Positions 50,293 through 60,678 are shown, counted from the stretch's first letter. The stretch is 64,000 nucleotides of DNA from Phycisphaerae bacterium (GCA_963666835.2 CAXXGO010000006.1:96001-160000); one strand, 5' to 3'. Translations and numbers: made by a program. The notes: a model not told the origin generated them from the letters alone.

Positions 50293-51459
50293 ATGACTGA
50301 CTGCCGAGCTGAACGACTTTCAAAGCTGCCGCCGTATCTGTTCGTCGAAATCGACCGGAAGAAGAAGGCGGCCATCGCTGCCGGACGCGACATTATCGAC
50401 TTCGGAGTGGGCGATCCCGACTGGCCGACGCCGCAGTTCATCGTCGACCGGATGGCCGAGGCGATCCGAGACCCGGCGAACCATCCCTACGCCTTCGGCA
50501 TCGGCTTGCCCGAGTTCCGCCGGACCGTGGTCGAGTACTTCCAGAAGCGCTTTGGGGTCGCCCTGGACGCTGATAAGGAAGTCGTTGCACTCCTGGGTTC
50601 CAAGGAGGGGATCGGCCACCTGCCGATCGGCGTGGTAAACCCCGGAGATGTAGTGCTTTGCCCGGAACCGGGCTATCCGGTTTACATCAGCGGGACCATC
50701 CTGGCCGGTGGGGAGCCGTATTCCATGCCCCTGCGCGAAGAAAACGGCTGGCTGCCGGCGCTGAACGAGATCCCGGCGGAGGTATGCCGTCGCGCCCGGC
50801 TGATGCATCTGAACTACCCGAACAACCCGACAGCGGCGACCGCACCGATGTCGTTTTTCGAGGAGGCCGTCACGTTTGCCCGCAAGCACGACATCATCCT
50901 CGCCCAGGACGCCCCCTACGTGGAGCTCTACTTCGGCGATAAGCCGGCCAGCATTCTGCAGGTGGATGGGGCGCGGGATGTCGCTATCGAGTTCCATTCG
51001 TTTTCCAAGACCTTCACCATGACCGGTTGGCGTCTGGCGTTTGCGGTTGGTAATCCGCAAGTGCTGGCCGCCCTCGCCAAGGTCAAGAGTAATCTCGACT
51101 CCGGCGTGTTCATGGCCGTGCAGCAGGCGGGCATCGCGGCTCTGCGCGGCATCGACCGCCCCGAGATTCGCGACCAGATGGAGACCTATCGGTGCCGGCG
51201 CGATCTGCTGATTGGTGGGCTGCGAGAGGCCGGCTGGCCGGTGACTTCGCCGGAGGCGACCTTCTATGTCTGGGCGAAGTGCCCGAACGGGGCGGATTCG
51301 ATGACCGTCGCGGCGAGAATCCTTGATGAAGCCGACGCAGTTGTGGTCCCCGGCGCCGGCTTGGGGGCGACCGGTGAGGGGTTCGTGCGGTTCTCGCTGA
51401 CGGTGAATGAAGAACGGACCCGCGAGGCGCTGGCGCGTATCGCCCGGATCACCTGGTGA
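50293..51459 (+). CDS. dapL: LL-diaminopimelate aminotransferase-like class I/II PLP aminotransferase
   Basis: AERLSKLPPYLF, GVGDPD, GSKEG, NYPNNPT, HSFSKTFTMTGWRL; RBS GGAG. Confidence 0.8.
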   Translation: MTDCRAERLSKLPPYLFVEIDRKKKAAIAAGRDIIDFGVGDPDWPTPQFIVDRMAEAIRDPANHPYAFGIGLPEFRRTVVEYFQKRFGVALDADKEVVALLGSKEGIGHLPIGVVNPGDVVLCPEPGYPVYISGTILAGGEPYSMPLREENGWLPALNEIPAEVCRRARLMHLNYPNNPTAATAPMSFFEEAVTFARKHDIILAQDAPYVELYFGDKPASILQVDGARDVAIEFHSFSKTFTMTGWRLAFAVGNPQVLAALAKVKSNLDSGVFMAVQQAGIAALRGIDRPEIRDQMETYRCRRDLLIGGLREAGWPVTSPEATFYVWAKCPNGADSMTVAARILDEADAVVVPGAGLGATGEGFVRFSLTVNEERTREALARIARITW

Positions 51460-52004
51460 TGGACCCGGGCGGGCCTGCTATCGCCTATCTGGGCCTTGGC
51501 TCGAACCTCGGAGACCGGCGGGCGAATCTGATTGCCGCTATTGAGGCACTTCAGAAGTCCCCGGAGATCGACGTAGATCTCAGTGCCGGAGTTGCGGCAT
51601 TATTTGAGACCGACCCGGTCGGCGGCCCGCCGAATCAACCGACGTATCTGAACTCGGCCGTGCGCGTAGCGACGGCTTTGACTCCGCGCGGATTGCTGGC
51701 CGCGGTTCTCGATATCGAAGCGGGTCTGGGTCGCACCCGCGAGCAACGCTGGGAAGCGCGGGTCATCGACATAGATCTGCTGCTATATGGAGATGTCGAA
51801 CACCACGATGCCGTTTTGACTGTCCCCCATCCGCGGCTGGCGACGCGGCGGTTCGTATTGGCCCCGCTTTGTGAAATCGCCGGGAGCGTGGTGCATCCCG
51901 TTCTGCATTCCACGATCGCCGAACTGGCCTGCAGACCAGATCAGCAACCTTCGGGCGATGCCGTGACCAAAGTGGCAGGACCCGATTGGCCCGTAGCCCG
52001 GTAG
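51459..52004 (+). CDS. folK: 2-amino-4-hydroxy-6-hydroxymethyldihydropteridine diphosphokinase
   Basis: YLGLGSNLGDR, YLNSAV, RVIDIDLL, VPHPRL..RRFVLAPL; TGATG coupling to the upstream gene. Confidence 0.95.
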   Translation: MDPGGPAIAYLGLGSNLGDRRANLIAAIEALQKSPEIDVDLSAGVAALFETDPVGGPPNQPTYLNSAVRVATALTPRGLLAAVLDIEAGLGRTREQRWEARVIDIDLLLYGDVEHHDAVLTVPHPRLATRRFVLAPLCEIAGSVVHPVLHSTIAELACRPDQQPSGDAVTKVAGPDWPVAR

Positions 52005-52160
52005 GGCCACTCCGTCGCCGAGTTCGGGCACAGCCTCAAACGGCCGGGAGACTCGGAGAGTTCTGACAACTTCGGCCACTGAGCTACGAATACCCGATGA
52101 ATACCGGGGGGACAGTCACCGGTTTTCTGCCCGGGCTTGCGAAGCTCACGTCAAATCGAT

Positions 52161-52256
52161 GGCAGGTCTCGTGTCTCGACCGTGCCCTACGCCGATGCCA
52201 CCGTACCCATTGAGCCGGAATCGGGCGGCGATCTGCAGGCAGGATGCCTGCGCTAC
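52161..52256 (-). repeat. REP-A plus GTAGCGCAGGCATCCTGCCTGC-type REP between convergent genes
   Basis: REP-A at 52161-52190; CAGGCAGGATGCCTGCGCTAC ending at 52256. Confidence 0.8.
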
Positions 52257-52335
52257 GTGCATAGCTGGTCTACACGATTCTGCAGACAGGATGTGCATGC
52301 AACACCTGCCGGGCCTCCATCGCCGTGTGGCGCGG

Positions 52336-53865
52336 TCAGAGCTGCCGATCCAGGCGGCGGTAGTGGATTGCCTCCAGCAGGTGGTCCGCCGAGATATCGG
52401 ATTGATCGGCCAGGTCGGCGACAGTGCGGGCTACGCGCAGGACCTTGTCATGAGCCCGGGCGGACAAGCCGAGCTCGGTCATCGCCTGCTTCAAAACGGT
52501 CTCCCCCGCGGCATCGATCCGGCAGCAGTCCCGCAAAACCTTCGACGACATTCGCCCGTTGACCACGGTGGGATCGTCCGCGAAGCGTTCGCGCTGCCGT
52601 TGTCGCGTACGCTGGACTTGTTCGCGCATGATGGCCGAGGACGTCCCGTTCCCGCGGGCCCGCAGCTCGCTGAACGGTACGGCCGGCACCTCTACGTGAA
52701 TGTCGATCCGATCGACCAGCGGCCCGCTAATACGTGACAAGTATCTGTCAATCTGCTGCGGCGAGCACTTGCAGGTTCGTTGGGCGTCCGTGAAATAGCC
52801 GCAGGGACAGGGGTTCATCGCGGCGACCAGCATGAACGAGGCCGGGAAGCTGACCGTGCTGTGGGCTCGGGCAATAGTGACGCAGGCATCTTCGAGCGGC
52901 TGGCGGAGCGATTCCAAAGCCGGGCGAGAGAATTCCGGAAACTCATCGAGGAACAGCACCCCGTAATGGGCCAGGGAGACTTCGCCGGCTTTGGGGACGC
53001 TCCCCCCGCCGACCAGCGCCGGGATACTCGCCGAATGATGCGGCATGCGTACCGGTCGCGTACCCAAAAGCGCCGTGTTCGGCGGCAGCGTGCCGGAGAC
53101 CGAGTGGATCCGCGTCGCCTCCAGTGATTCCTCCAGATCCAACGGCGGTAGGATCGTCGGCACGCGCTTGGCCAGCATGGTCTTGCCGGACCCCGGCGGG
53201 CCGATCAGCAACAAATTGTGCCGCCCGGCCGCCGCAATTGTCAAAGCGCGCTTGACGTGTTCCTGCCCGCGAACGTCGCTGAAGTCGCAATCGTACGTCC
53301 GGGCATCGGTGAACAGGCTGTCGACATCCACCACCACCGGCTCGAGCGGAAGCTGACCGGACAGAAACCCGGTGGCTTCGGTCAAACATGTCACCGGTAT
53401 GACATCTATTCCTTCCACCACGGCCGCTTCGGCGGCGTTCGCAGCCGGAACGATAATCCCGCGCAAGCCGCGCTCCCGCGCCAGCATCGCCGCGGAAAGC
53501 GCCCCGTTCACCCGGCGGACCCGCCCGTCCAGCGCCAGCTCACCGGTCACCAGGTAGCCATCCACCGACTCGGCCACGACGTCCCCGTTGGCGAACAGAA
53601 TCCCCAGCGCGATCGGCAAATCGAACGCCGGGCCCTCCTTCCGCAAATCCGCGGGAGCCAGGTTGATCACCGTCTTGTGACGCGGGAACTGATACCCCGA
53701 GTTCTGCATCGCGCTGCGCACGCGCTCGATGCTCTCCTTGACGGCCGCGTCCGGCAGACCCACGACCGTCGCCCCTGAAAACCCCCGCCGGGCGACGTCG
53801 ACCTCCACCTCGATGCGCAGAGCCTCAATCCCGGAAAACGTCACACTGTGAAGTTGAGCTACCAT
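52336..53865 (-). CDS. comM: YifB/ComM Mg-chelatase-like AAA+ ATPase
   Basis: VGLPDAAVKESIERV, NLAPADLRKEG, GPPGSGKTMLA, PHHSAS, LFLDEFPEF, AAMNPCPCG, SGPLVDRID. Confidence 0.95.
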   Translation of the reverse strand: MVAQLHSVTFSGIEALRIEVEVDVARRGFSGATVVGLPDAAVKESIERVRSAMQNSGYQFPRHKTVINLAPADLRKEGPAFDLPIALGILFANGDVVAESVDGYLVTGELALDGRVRRVNGALSAAMLARERGLRGIIVPAANAAEAAVVEGIDVIPVTCLTEATGFLSGQLPLEPVVVDVDSLFTDARTYDCDFSDVRGQEHVKRALTIAAAGRHNLLLIGPPGSGKTMLAKRVPTILPPLDLEESLEATRIHSVSGTLPPNTALLGTRPVRMPHHSASIPALVGGGSVPKAGEVSLAHYGVLFLDEFPEFSRPALESLRQPLEDACVTIARAHSTVSFPASFMLVAAMNPCPCGYFTDAQRTCKCSPQQIDRYLSRISGPLVDRIDIHVEVPAVPFSELRARGNGTSSAIMREQVQRTRQRQRERFADDPTVVNGRMSSKVLRDCCRIDAAGETVLKQAMTELGLSARAHDKVLRVARTVADLADQSDISADHLLEAIHYRRLDRQL

Positions 53866-54249
53866 GCGGCAGATAATTGTAATCAACGGCGGAACATCAC
53901 GCGACTGGTACAACGTCAGAGGCCTAGGACCCACAAGAGTTCTCGCCGGCGGATAGGAGCGAGGGCGCGCCCGGCAGGGTCCTTTCGCAGCCCATCCGAT
54001 CTGGACAGGTCAGCCAACCCGTGTTTGGCGTACCCGCTCGGAGGGTGAGGTCCTATAATACTCGCGTTCCTCCCATGAGCGTGCGATTCGCAGCACGACC
54101 GGGACCATCAACCGAGTGCCGCGAGCGGCCGAAGCGACCCCCTCTAACTGCCGATAACTAGAGCGAGGACCGCCAGGCAAACCCCATAACTCGGAAGCTG
54201 ACCTGGGCGGCGCGACAACAGGTACATGGCATCGAAGGAGACCAACTCC

Positions 54250-54609
54250 ATGCATGAAAGACGATTACACGTCGGGATGCTGACTCTGCTGGCGACCATC
54301 GGCGTCGTCGGGTGCATCACCATCGACATCCCCGAGCAGGTTTCGCTGCTCTCGACCGGCACTTCGTTCGTAGTGAGCGGAACGGCCGCACTGGAGGACA
54401 CCGACGGCCCGTGCCTGGTCTGGATCGGTGATAACGGCATCATCTACCACCTTTTCCAGAATCCCCGCGTGGACAACGAGACGTTCGATCGAATAACGAC
54501 ACCCGGAGTGACCTCCCGTCTCGAGATAGCCACCAGAACCGATCTGGAGCTGGCCTGCCAGATAGGAACCATCGTGGAAGTGCAAGATGTCCTTGATATT
54601 GAGGACTAA
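54250..54609 (+). CDS. Small hypothetical lipoprotein
   Basis: AAGGAG RBS, hydrophobic signal ending VVGC, two further Cys. Confidence 0.75.
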   Translation: MHERRLHVGMLTLLATIGVVGCITIDIPEQVSLLSTGTSFVVSGTAALEDTDGPCLVWIGDNGIIYHLFQNPRVDNETFDRITTPGVTSRLEIATRTDLELACQIGTIVEVQDVLDIED

Positions 54610-54663
54610 CTCGACCACCCGCTGCCCGGACACGTTGTCGGGCGGACTACCCGGACTGAACAC

Positions 54664-56331
54664 ATGAATCGGACTCGCCAGTGGCTGCTTCGTGTTCCAA
54701 CCTATCTGCTCACCATGGCCCTGGGGGGTGGCTGCGCATTACAGCCGGAGACCCTGCCGGCCGACGACGCGGCCATGTATGCGCCGGTCTTCCTCGTTGA
54801 CACGGAGCAGCTCGAACCGCCGGCCGTGGGAGTGGCGGCGGCGTTCACGCCGACAACGCTGCACGAGATTGAACAAGACGATCCCGTTGCCGTGCGAGCG
54901 GCCGGGTTCTTCCTTACTTTCGCAACTGCGGCGCCCGAATTGCTCACCCTGCGTATGGTCGACAGGGAATCCGGCACGGAAACGGTGTTGACGGCGATAG
55001 GTCCGCCGGAATCGGATGCCGAGCGGTTGTTGGCGGCCCAACCGCGAGCGTTCAACGATGCGAGTTGCTCTATCTTGCGCGGTGGTGGTGGCTGTTACTG
55101 GCCGACAGACAGTGGGGCGGTTGACGCGTCGGCCTATCGGGTCGGGGTTCTTATCCCTGAGGAATCGCTGGTTTCCGGCGTCCAGCTTGAGGCGTTTACC
55201 CTGCAGGCGGGCGATGGAACGCCGGTTGGCGCTGCGAGCATTGAATTAGTCTCCGGTTTCTTCTACCTGGCGGTGATCGGCGACTCGGTCCAGTGGGGCA
55301 ACGGGTTGCGGGAAGAGGACAAGATGTCGGCGCTGGTGGCCACGACTGTTCAGAGCGAAACCGGACGGCGAGTCATCCAACAGCGATACGCTCATTCCGG
55401 GGCGAAGATCCTGTCGGCGGAGGGCGACGGGATCTGCGAGGTCAATTGTAACGGCGAAGTGCCGCATGTACGCACTTCGATCCTGGTCCAGGCTCAGCAA
55501 ATAGAACGCCCCGATCTTATCGATTTGGTTCTGATGGACGGGTGTATCAACGACGTAGGTGTCTGGACGATTCTCGATCCCTTCGTACCGGAAGAGGAAC
55601 TGGCCGAGCTGACTCGACAGTACTGCGCAGACGAGATGGCTGTCTTGCTGGAGGAGGTTCACGCCATAGCACCGCAGGCCCGCATCGTGGTCACCGGCTA
55701 CTTTCAGATCGTCGGCCCGGATAGCGACCTGTTTGCCCTTGAAACGTGGCTCGAGACTCAAACGCTGGCCGAATCCGAGTCGAGCGAGCCCTCTGACGAA
55801 ACGGATAACGCCGCTGATGAAGCTGATTCCGAGGTAAGCGAACCGGCAGACGATGACGCTAGCGTGGCAGCCGCCGAAGACGAGGCCGAGGCGGTTGAGA
55901 ATGTCGAGGCGCTCATCGACGTATTCACGTCGCGATCCGTGGTGTTTCATGAGACCGCACACACTGCTCTGGCTTCTGCGGTTGAGGCAGCTAACACGGC
56001 GATCGGCAGCGACCCGGTGATTGCGTTCGCTGATCCGGGGTTCGGTCCTGAGAACGCCGTGTTTGCCCCGGACCCCTGGCTATGGAGCCTGACGGAGGAC
56101 GATACCGTATTCGAAGGCCTCGACGTGGGCTTGGCGCTGTTCCCTGAGGATCCCATCACCAGGTACCGGCTAACTGCATGTTTTGATACGGATGCGATCG
56201 GTGATCTTATCGGATGCATCTTCCAATCGGTGGGGCATCCCAATCCTGCCGGTGCCCGGGCGTACGCAGATGCCATATTAGAGCAACTCCTTCAGCTCGG
56301 CCTTCTGCCGGAGCCGCCGGACACTCCATAA
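54664..56331 (+). CDS. SGNH/GDSL hydrolase family lipoprotein
   Basis: Blocks IGDSV, AHSGA, GCIND, GHPN; lipobox GGGC; acidic insertion. Confidence 0.88.
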   Translation: MNRTRQWLLRVPTYLLTMALGGGCALQPETLPADDAAMYAPVFLVDTEQLEPPAVGVAAAFTPTTLHEIEQDDPVAVRAAGFFLTFATAAPELLTLRMVDRESGTETVLTAIGPPESDAERLLAAQPRAFNDASCSILRGGGGCYWPTDSGAVDASAYRVGVLIPEESLVSGVQLEAFTLQAGDGTPVGAASIELVSGFFYLAVIGDSVQWGNGLREEDKMSALVATTVQSETGRRVIQQRYAHSGAKILSAEGDGICEVNCNGEVPHVRTSILVQAQQIERPDLIDLVLMDGCINDVGVWTILDPFVPEEELAELTRQYCADEMAVLLEEVHAIAPQARIVVTGYFQIVGPDSDLFALETWLETQTLAESESSEPSDETDNAADEADSEVSEPADDDASVAAAEDEAEAVENVEALIDVFTSRSVVFHETAHTALASAVEAANTAIGSDPVIAFADPGFGPENAVFAPDPWLWSLTEDDTVFEGLDVGLALFPEDPITRYRLTACFDTDAIGDLIGCIFQSVGHPNPAGARAYADAILEQLLQLGLLPEPPDTP

Positions 56332-56420
56332 GGGACCAATTCCGTAGGAGCACTCTCTTTCTGCCGCCGAGAGAACACTGTGTGCGGCAATTGTGCAATG
56401 ACAACGAATCGCGTTCTCAC

Positions 56421-56450
56421 TTGACCCGAGCCCTCGTATTCTGATAAACT
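56421..56450 (+). promoter_or_regulatory. Putative sigma70 promoter upstream of the C10 peptidase
   Basis: TTGACC-N18-TAAACT with an extended -10 TG; implies a leader of about 360 nt. Confidence 0.4.
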
Positions 56451-56816
56451 AGGGTGCTTGGCCGGGTCCGCGCTCGGATTTTGCCTGTTGGCGAGGCAGC
56501 AGGGGGTTGCTTAGAAATCCGAAGGTCCGGGTCTGAGTCGGCGCAGTAGCGTTCTTCGGCGGCATACAGGGGGTCGTCGTAGGGCAAGGTAATGCGGCAA
56601 AGCGGGCGGGCAACCCACCGGGGCCGAAGTTGGGCACTACATCCCTGCTGCAGAATAGATCGGTGGATGTCGGGGTGTGAAGTGTCTTCCCGTTGTCATT
56701 CAGAGAATGTGCTATCGGGAAGTGCGTTCCGCGCCGGCGACCGGCGCCGGTATCGCCGACGATATCGGCGGGAAGAAAGGGACGACTCGAAACTGGATCG
56801 TATGGAGGATGTAGAA

Positions 56817-59800
56817 ATGCGTACCGCTACCGTTCTTGCGGTTGCACTTGTGCTGGGGCTGTTTCTGTCCACGGCTCGCGCGGAGCTGGCAACCCCGGAC
56901 GAGATGAAACTGGTATGTCAGAACTGGCTGACGTACATCGTGGACCAGACCGGAGATTGGGCCGGAGAACGCGAGCCCTGGATCGCCGACGTGCAGGAAG
57001 TGTACGCAGGCGACACCCTTGTGGCACATCATTTTGCCATCGGCCCGCAGGGGCATGTGGTCGTGCCGATTCTCAAGGAACTTCCCCCGATCCGGATGTA
57101 CTCGGACGAATCAAACCTGAACCTGGATGAAACCGACGGTCTGGCCCAGCTCTTGCGAGACGTAATGGAGCACCGCACAGGCTTGTACATCGAGAAGTAC
57201 GGCAGTCTTGAGGCGAAGCAACCGCGCGCCGGCGAGGTACTCCTCGGTCGCGCCCATCGCGACGAGTGGGACCGGTTCGCGATAGACCGTGACCAGTTCG
57301 CCGCGGAGTTGGATTCGCAAAGGGCCGACCCCATCGTCCAGCTCGGACCCTTGTTGACCACGGTTTGGGACCAGGGCCCTCCGTATAACAACCTCTGCCC
57401 GATTGGTGACGGCGGACGCACGGTAGTCGGCTGCGTGGCGACCGCCACGGCCCAGTTGATGGCTTACCACCAGTGGCCGCCCTCCGGTACCGGCGAGCAG
57501 ACGTACACCTGGAGCGGGGACGACTCTTGCGGCGGCAGCACGCCGAGCGAGAGTCTCTATGCCGATTTCTCCGACGAGTACGACTGGGACAACATTGTCG
57601 ACGAGTGTTTCTCCGGATGTGACGCCGCCCAGCAAGCCGCTCTGGCCGAGTTGAATTACGAGGTCGGGGTGGCTTTCTACATGGACTACGGAGTTTGCGG
57701 GTCCGGGGCTTACACTTCCAACGCTCGGCAGATAATGCCCGTGTTCTTCCGGTATGAGGACTCGCTGGACAGTGAATACCGCGACAACCACACGGCGCAG
57801 ACTTGGTACGATACGATCCGGGTTGAAATCAACGCCGCGCGGCCCATGTTGTACGGCATCTCCCGGCATGCCATCGTGTGTGACGGCTACCGCGACACCG
57901 GCGGGACGAACCAATACCACATGAACTACGGTTGGGGCGGCTCGCAGAACACGTGGTTTGCCATCGATGATTTGCATTGTACGTGGGAGGGGTGCCACTA
58001 CATGAACGAGAGCCTGATCCGACACATCATCCCGTTCAAGGACTGCAACGAAAACGATATTAACGATTATCTGGACATCGACGGGGGCACGAGCGAAGAC
58101 TGCAATTCGAACACGATCCCTGATGAGTGCGACCTCGAGAATGGAGATAGCGAGGACTGCAACGAAAACGACGTCCCCGACGAGTGCGATATTGCCAATA
58201 TGGTTAGCGAAGACTGTACCGGCAACGGCATTCCCGACGAGTGTGAACCGGACTGCAACACGAACGGGATCGCCGACAGTTGCGACATCGCGGGCTCCAC
58301 CAGCGAAGACTGCACCGGTAACGGGATCCCCGATGAGTGTGAACCGGACTGCAACACGAACGGGATCGCCGACAGTTGCGACATCGCGGGCTCCACCAGC
58401 GAAGACTGCACCGGCAACGGGATCCCCGATGAATGCGAGCCGGACTGCAATATGAACGAGGTTGCCGATAGTTGCGATATCGCAGGCGCGACCAGTGAAG
58501 ACTGCACCGGCAACGGGATCCCCGACGAATGCGACATCGCCGATTGCCCGACGGAAGATCTCTCCTGCCAGGACTGCAACGGAAACGAAGTGCCCGACGG
58601 CTGCGACCTGAGCGAAGGAACCAGCGCAGACTGTCAGGCAAACGGCATTCCGGATGAGTGCGATATCGTGGCGGGTACCAGCGGGGACTGCACCGCCGAT
58701 GGTGTACCGGACGAGTGCCAGGCAGACTGCAACGGAAACAGCATTGCCGATCTCTGCGACGTCGCCGGTTGGACGAGTGACGACGACAACGGCAACGGCG
58801 TGCCCGATGAATGCGAGGGGCCGAACTTCACGCTCATGCCTGTGGGTGCGTCGGGAACACACATGATCTTCTGGAACACAATCTACATTCCCGAAGGAGG
58901 AGGAACGGTTGAGCTGGAGCTGCAGCTCTCCAGGTGGGGAACCGCCCCCGGAGCTCCGGAATTAGCCGCCTATCAGGCTCAGGTCGACTCGACCGGATAC
59001 GGAAGCGGAAAAGGTGCCCCACTCGTGCCGGTCGGCTGGCCGTCCACGCCGGAAACCGGAGCGTTCATCGACTTGACCCGCGACGATTTCCCGTTCAAGG
59101 ACCTGACTCCACTCGCGGGAACGGACTTGACGTTGCTGGATTACGTGTGGGGATCCACAGCTCTCTACGGATCCCGCGCGGACGCGGGCGGAGCCAGTTA
59201 CGGAGGCACGTTGATTCTGGATATCCCGGCGGGAGCCGATGGTGAGTATTCGATCGGTCTCGTGGACAACGATGATATGACCTTCATGGACGACCCGGAC
59301 GTCCAACTGTTACCGGGCTTGGGGCTTCTGCCCGGGAGGATCATTGTCGGGGAGATGCCCATGGGTTGCTGTCTACCTGATGGCATCTGTGCTCCGGCTA
59401 CTCCGGAGGACTGTGCCAACGCCGGCGGTACTCCCGTCGAGCAATGTTTGGGCGATCCGGGGGGCAACGGTGTCGACGACGCCTGCGAGCAGGCGGGCCC
59501 CGAAGAACCACCCGCTCCCTACAACGTGCCGAAGAACCGCTACCTGTCCTTCGATCCCAACAACGGCGCTTTGAGCGTTGCCTTCCGTGTCGAATTGACC
59601 TCCAGCGTCTATTTCCCAGGATCTACCGGTGTGCTGGGTTGGGTAGGTGAGCCGGACGGAAACGGGATCGCCCGGGTCGAGGCGGATCCATATTACACGA
59701 GCGACTGGCCGGACGTGCTTCACGTGGCCGACTGCGAAATCGTGCCCGCCGCCGTCTACTCAGTATCTTCGACTGCGGACGGAGCGGAATTCTCTCTGGC

Positions 59801-60086
59801 GTTGGAGATCCCGACGACCACCCAGCCGGGCGTCAAGTTCTGGGCTGATATGGTCGGGCCGCTGGACGGCGAGGGCTGGACTCCACCCAACGGGGTCGTG
59901 AGTATGGACGACATCATGGCCGTGATCCAGGCGTTCCAGGCTTCCCCAACCGCGCCGCATCTGTCATGGGTTGACCTCGACGGTGAAGCACCGAACAAAG
60001 TGGCGAACATGACGGACATTCAGCAGGCGGTCAACGGGTTTAAGGGCTTCGCCTATCCGTTCAGCGACCCGGCGGCGTGTCCGTAG
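56817..60086 (+). CDS. Secreted C10 (streptopain-like) cysteine peptidase with Cys/Asp repeats, cohesin-like and dockerin-like domains
   Basis: GGAGG RBS, signal peptide and propeptide; WDQ, GCVATATAQ (Cys), HAIVCDGY (His), HMNYGWGG. Confidence 0.93.
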   Translation: MRTATVLAVALVLGLFLSTARAELATPDEMKLVCQNWLTYIVDQTGDWAGEREPWIADVQEVYAGDTLVAHHFAIGPQGHVVVPILKELPPIRMYSDESNLNLDETDGLAQLLRDVMEHRTGLYIEKYGSLEAKQPRAGEVLLGRAHRDEWDRFAIDRDQFAAELDSQRADPIVQLGPLLTTVWDQGPPYNNLCPIGDGGRTVVGCVATATAQLMAYHQWPPSGTGEQTYTWSGDDSCGGSTPSESLYADFSDEYDWDNIVDECFSGCDAAQQAALAELNYEVGVAFYMDYGVCGSGAYTSNARQIMPVFFRYEDSLDSEYRDNHTAQTWYDTIRVEINAARPMLYGISRHAIVCDGYRDTGGTNQYHMNYGWGGSQNTWFAIDDLHCTWEGCHYMNESLIRHIIPFKDCNENDINDYLDIDGGTSEDCNSNTIPDECDLENGDSEDCNENDVPDECDIANMVSEDCTGNGIPDECEPDCNTNGIADSCDIAGSTSEDCTGNGIPDECEPDCNTNGIADSCDIAGSTSEDCTGNGIPDECEPDCNMNEVADSCDIAGATSEDCTGNGIPDECDIADCPTEDLSCQDCNGNEVPDGCDLSEGTSADCQANGIPDECDIVAGTSGDCTADGVPDECQADCNGNSIADLCDVAGWTSDDDNGNGVPDECEGPNFTLMPVGASGTHMIFWNTIYIPEGGGTVELELQLSRWGTAPGAPELAAYQAQVDSTGYGSGKGAPLVPVGWPSTPETGAFIDLTRDDFPFKDLTPLAGTDLTLLDYVWGSTALYGSRADAGGASYGGTLILDIPAGADGEYSIGLVDNDDMTFMDDPDVQLLPGLGLLPGRIIVGEMPMGCCLPDGICAPATPEDCANAGGTPVEQCLGDPGGNGVDDACEQAGPEEPPAPYNVPKNRYLSFDPNNGALSVAFRVELTSSVYFPGSTGVLGWVGEPDGNGIARVEADPYYTSDWPDVLHVADCEIVPAAVYSVSSTADGAEFSLALEIPTTTQPGVKFWADMVGPLDGEGWTPPNGVVSMDDIMAVIQAFQASPTAPHLSWVDLDGEAPNKVANMTDIQQAVNGFKGFAYPFSDPAACP
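58206..58535 (+). repeat. Intragenic 96-bp tandem repeat (32-aa SEDCTGNGIPDECEPDCNTNGIADSCDIAGST unit)
   Basis: Unit starts at 58206, 58302, 58398 and 58494; the first two are nearly identical at nucleotide level. Confidence 0.92.
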
Positions 60087-60120
60087 TCTGACGCCGTTCG
60101 GTCGGTAGGTATACAAGAAC

Positions 60121-60160
60121 GAGGGGACTCGGGTGTAAGCCCGGGTCCCCTCTTTCTTTT
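60121..60160 (+). terminator. Rho-independent terminator between convergent C10 peptidase and nrdR
   Basis: GAGGGGACTCGGG-tgtaag-CCCGGGTCCCCTC followed by TTTCTTTT. Confidence 0.85.
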
Positions 60161-60177
60161 CCACTGCGATGCTGCGC

Positions 60178-60678
60178 TTATTCTATCCCAAAAAGAGACT
60201 GCTGGGCCGGGCTGTCCTGGGCGACCCGTCTCTTCACTTCGCTGATCTCGTCGATGAACTCGTCGATTGTGCGGTACTTGCGGTGGACACTCATGAACCG
60301 AACGTACGCCACCTGATTGAGCCGGCGCAAGTTCTTACCCACGTACGAACCAATCTGCTCGGTAGTGACATCCCGCTCGTGATTACTGAACAGCTCTTCC
60401 TCTACTCGATCGACCAACTCCTGGAGCTGATCCTCGGCGATGTCCAGCTTGTAGCAGGCCCGCTCCGCCCCGTTCAGGATGTTATCCCGATGATACGGTA
60501 CGCGCTGTCCGTTTGCCTTGATGACCGTGAGCCGGAGTTCGTGCTCCACCCGTTCTTTGGTCGTGAACCGCCGGTTGCACGATTGGCAGACGCGCCGGCG
60601 GCGAATGGCCAGCCCGTTCTCGGTCAGGCGAGAGTCAATGACCTTGTTGTTGTTCTCTTTGCAGGAGGGGCAGAACAT
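60178..60678 (-). CDS. nrdR: Transcriptional repressor NrdR
   Basis: CPSC...KVIDSR...IRRRRVCQSCNRRFTTKE zinc ribbon, ATP cone, VAYVRFMSV. Confidence 0.97.
   Translation of the reverse strand: MFCPSCKENNNKVIDSRLTENGLAIRRRRVCQSCNRRFTTKERVEHELRLTVIKANGQRVPYHRDNILNGAERACYKLDIAEDQLQELVDRVEEELFSNHERDVTTEQIGSYVGKNLRRLNQVAYVRFMSVHRKYRTIDEFIDEISEVKRRVAQDSPAQQSLFGIE

Noticed and set aside
53940..54240. Possible c-di-GMP-I riboswitch or ncRNA (GGCAAACC near 54176)
   Set aside because: The downstream GNRA stem and GACGCAAAGC-like element are absent; needs an Rfam scan.
56450..56810. Riboswitch or tRNA in the long leader of the C10 gene; ORF start at 56592
   Set aside because: No recognisable family motif; the RBS and signal peptide support the start at 56817.
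57111..58862. Long antisense ORFs (also 5194-6309, 25355-26395, 26784-28115, 39835-40785, 63223-63969 and others)
   Set aside because: Shadow frames of well-supported genes in high-GC DNA.
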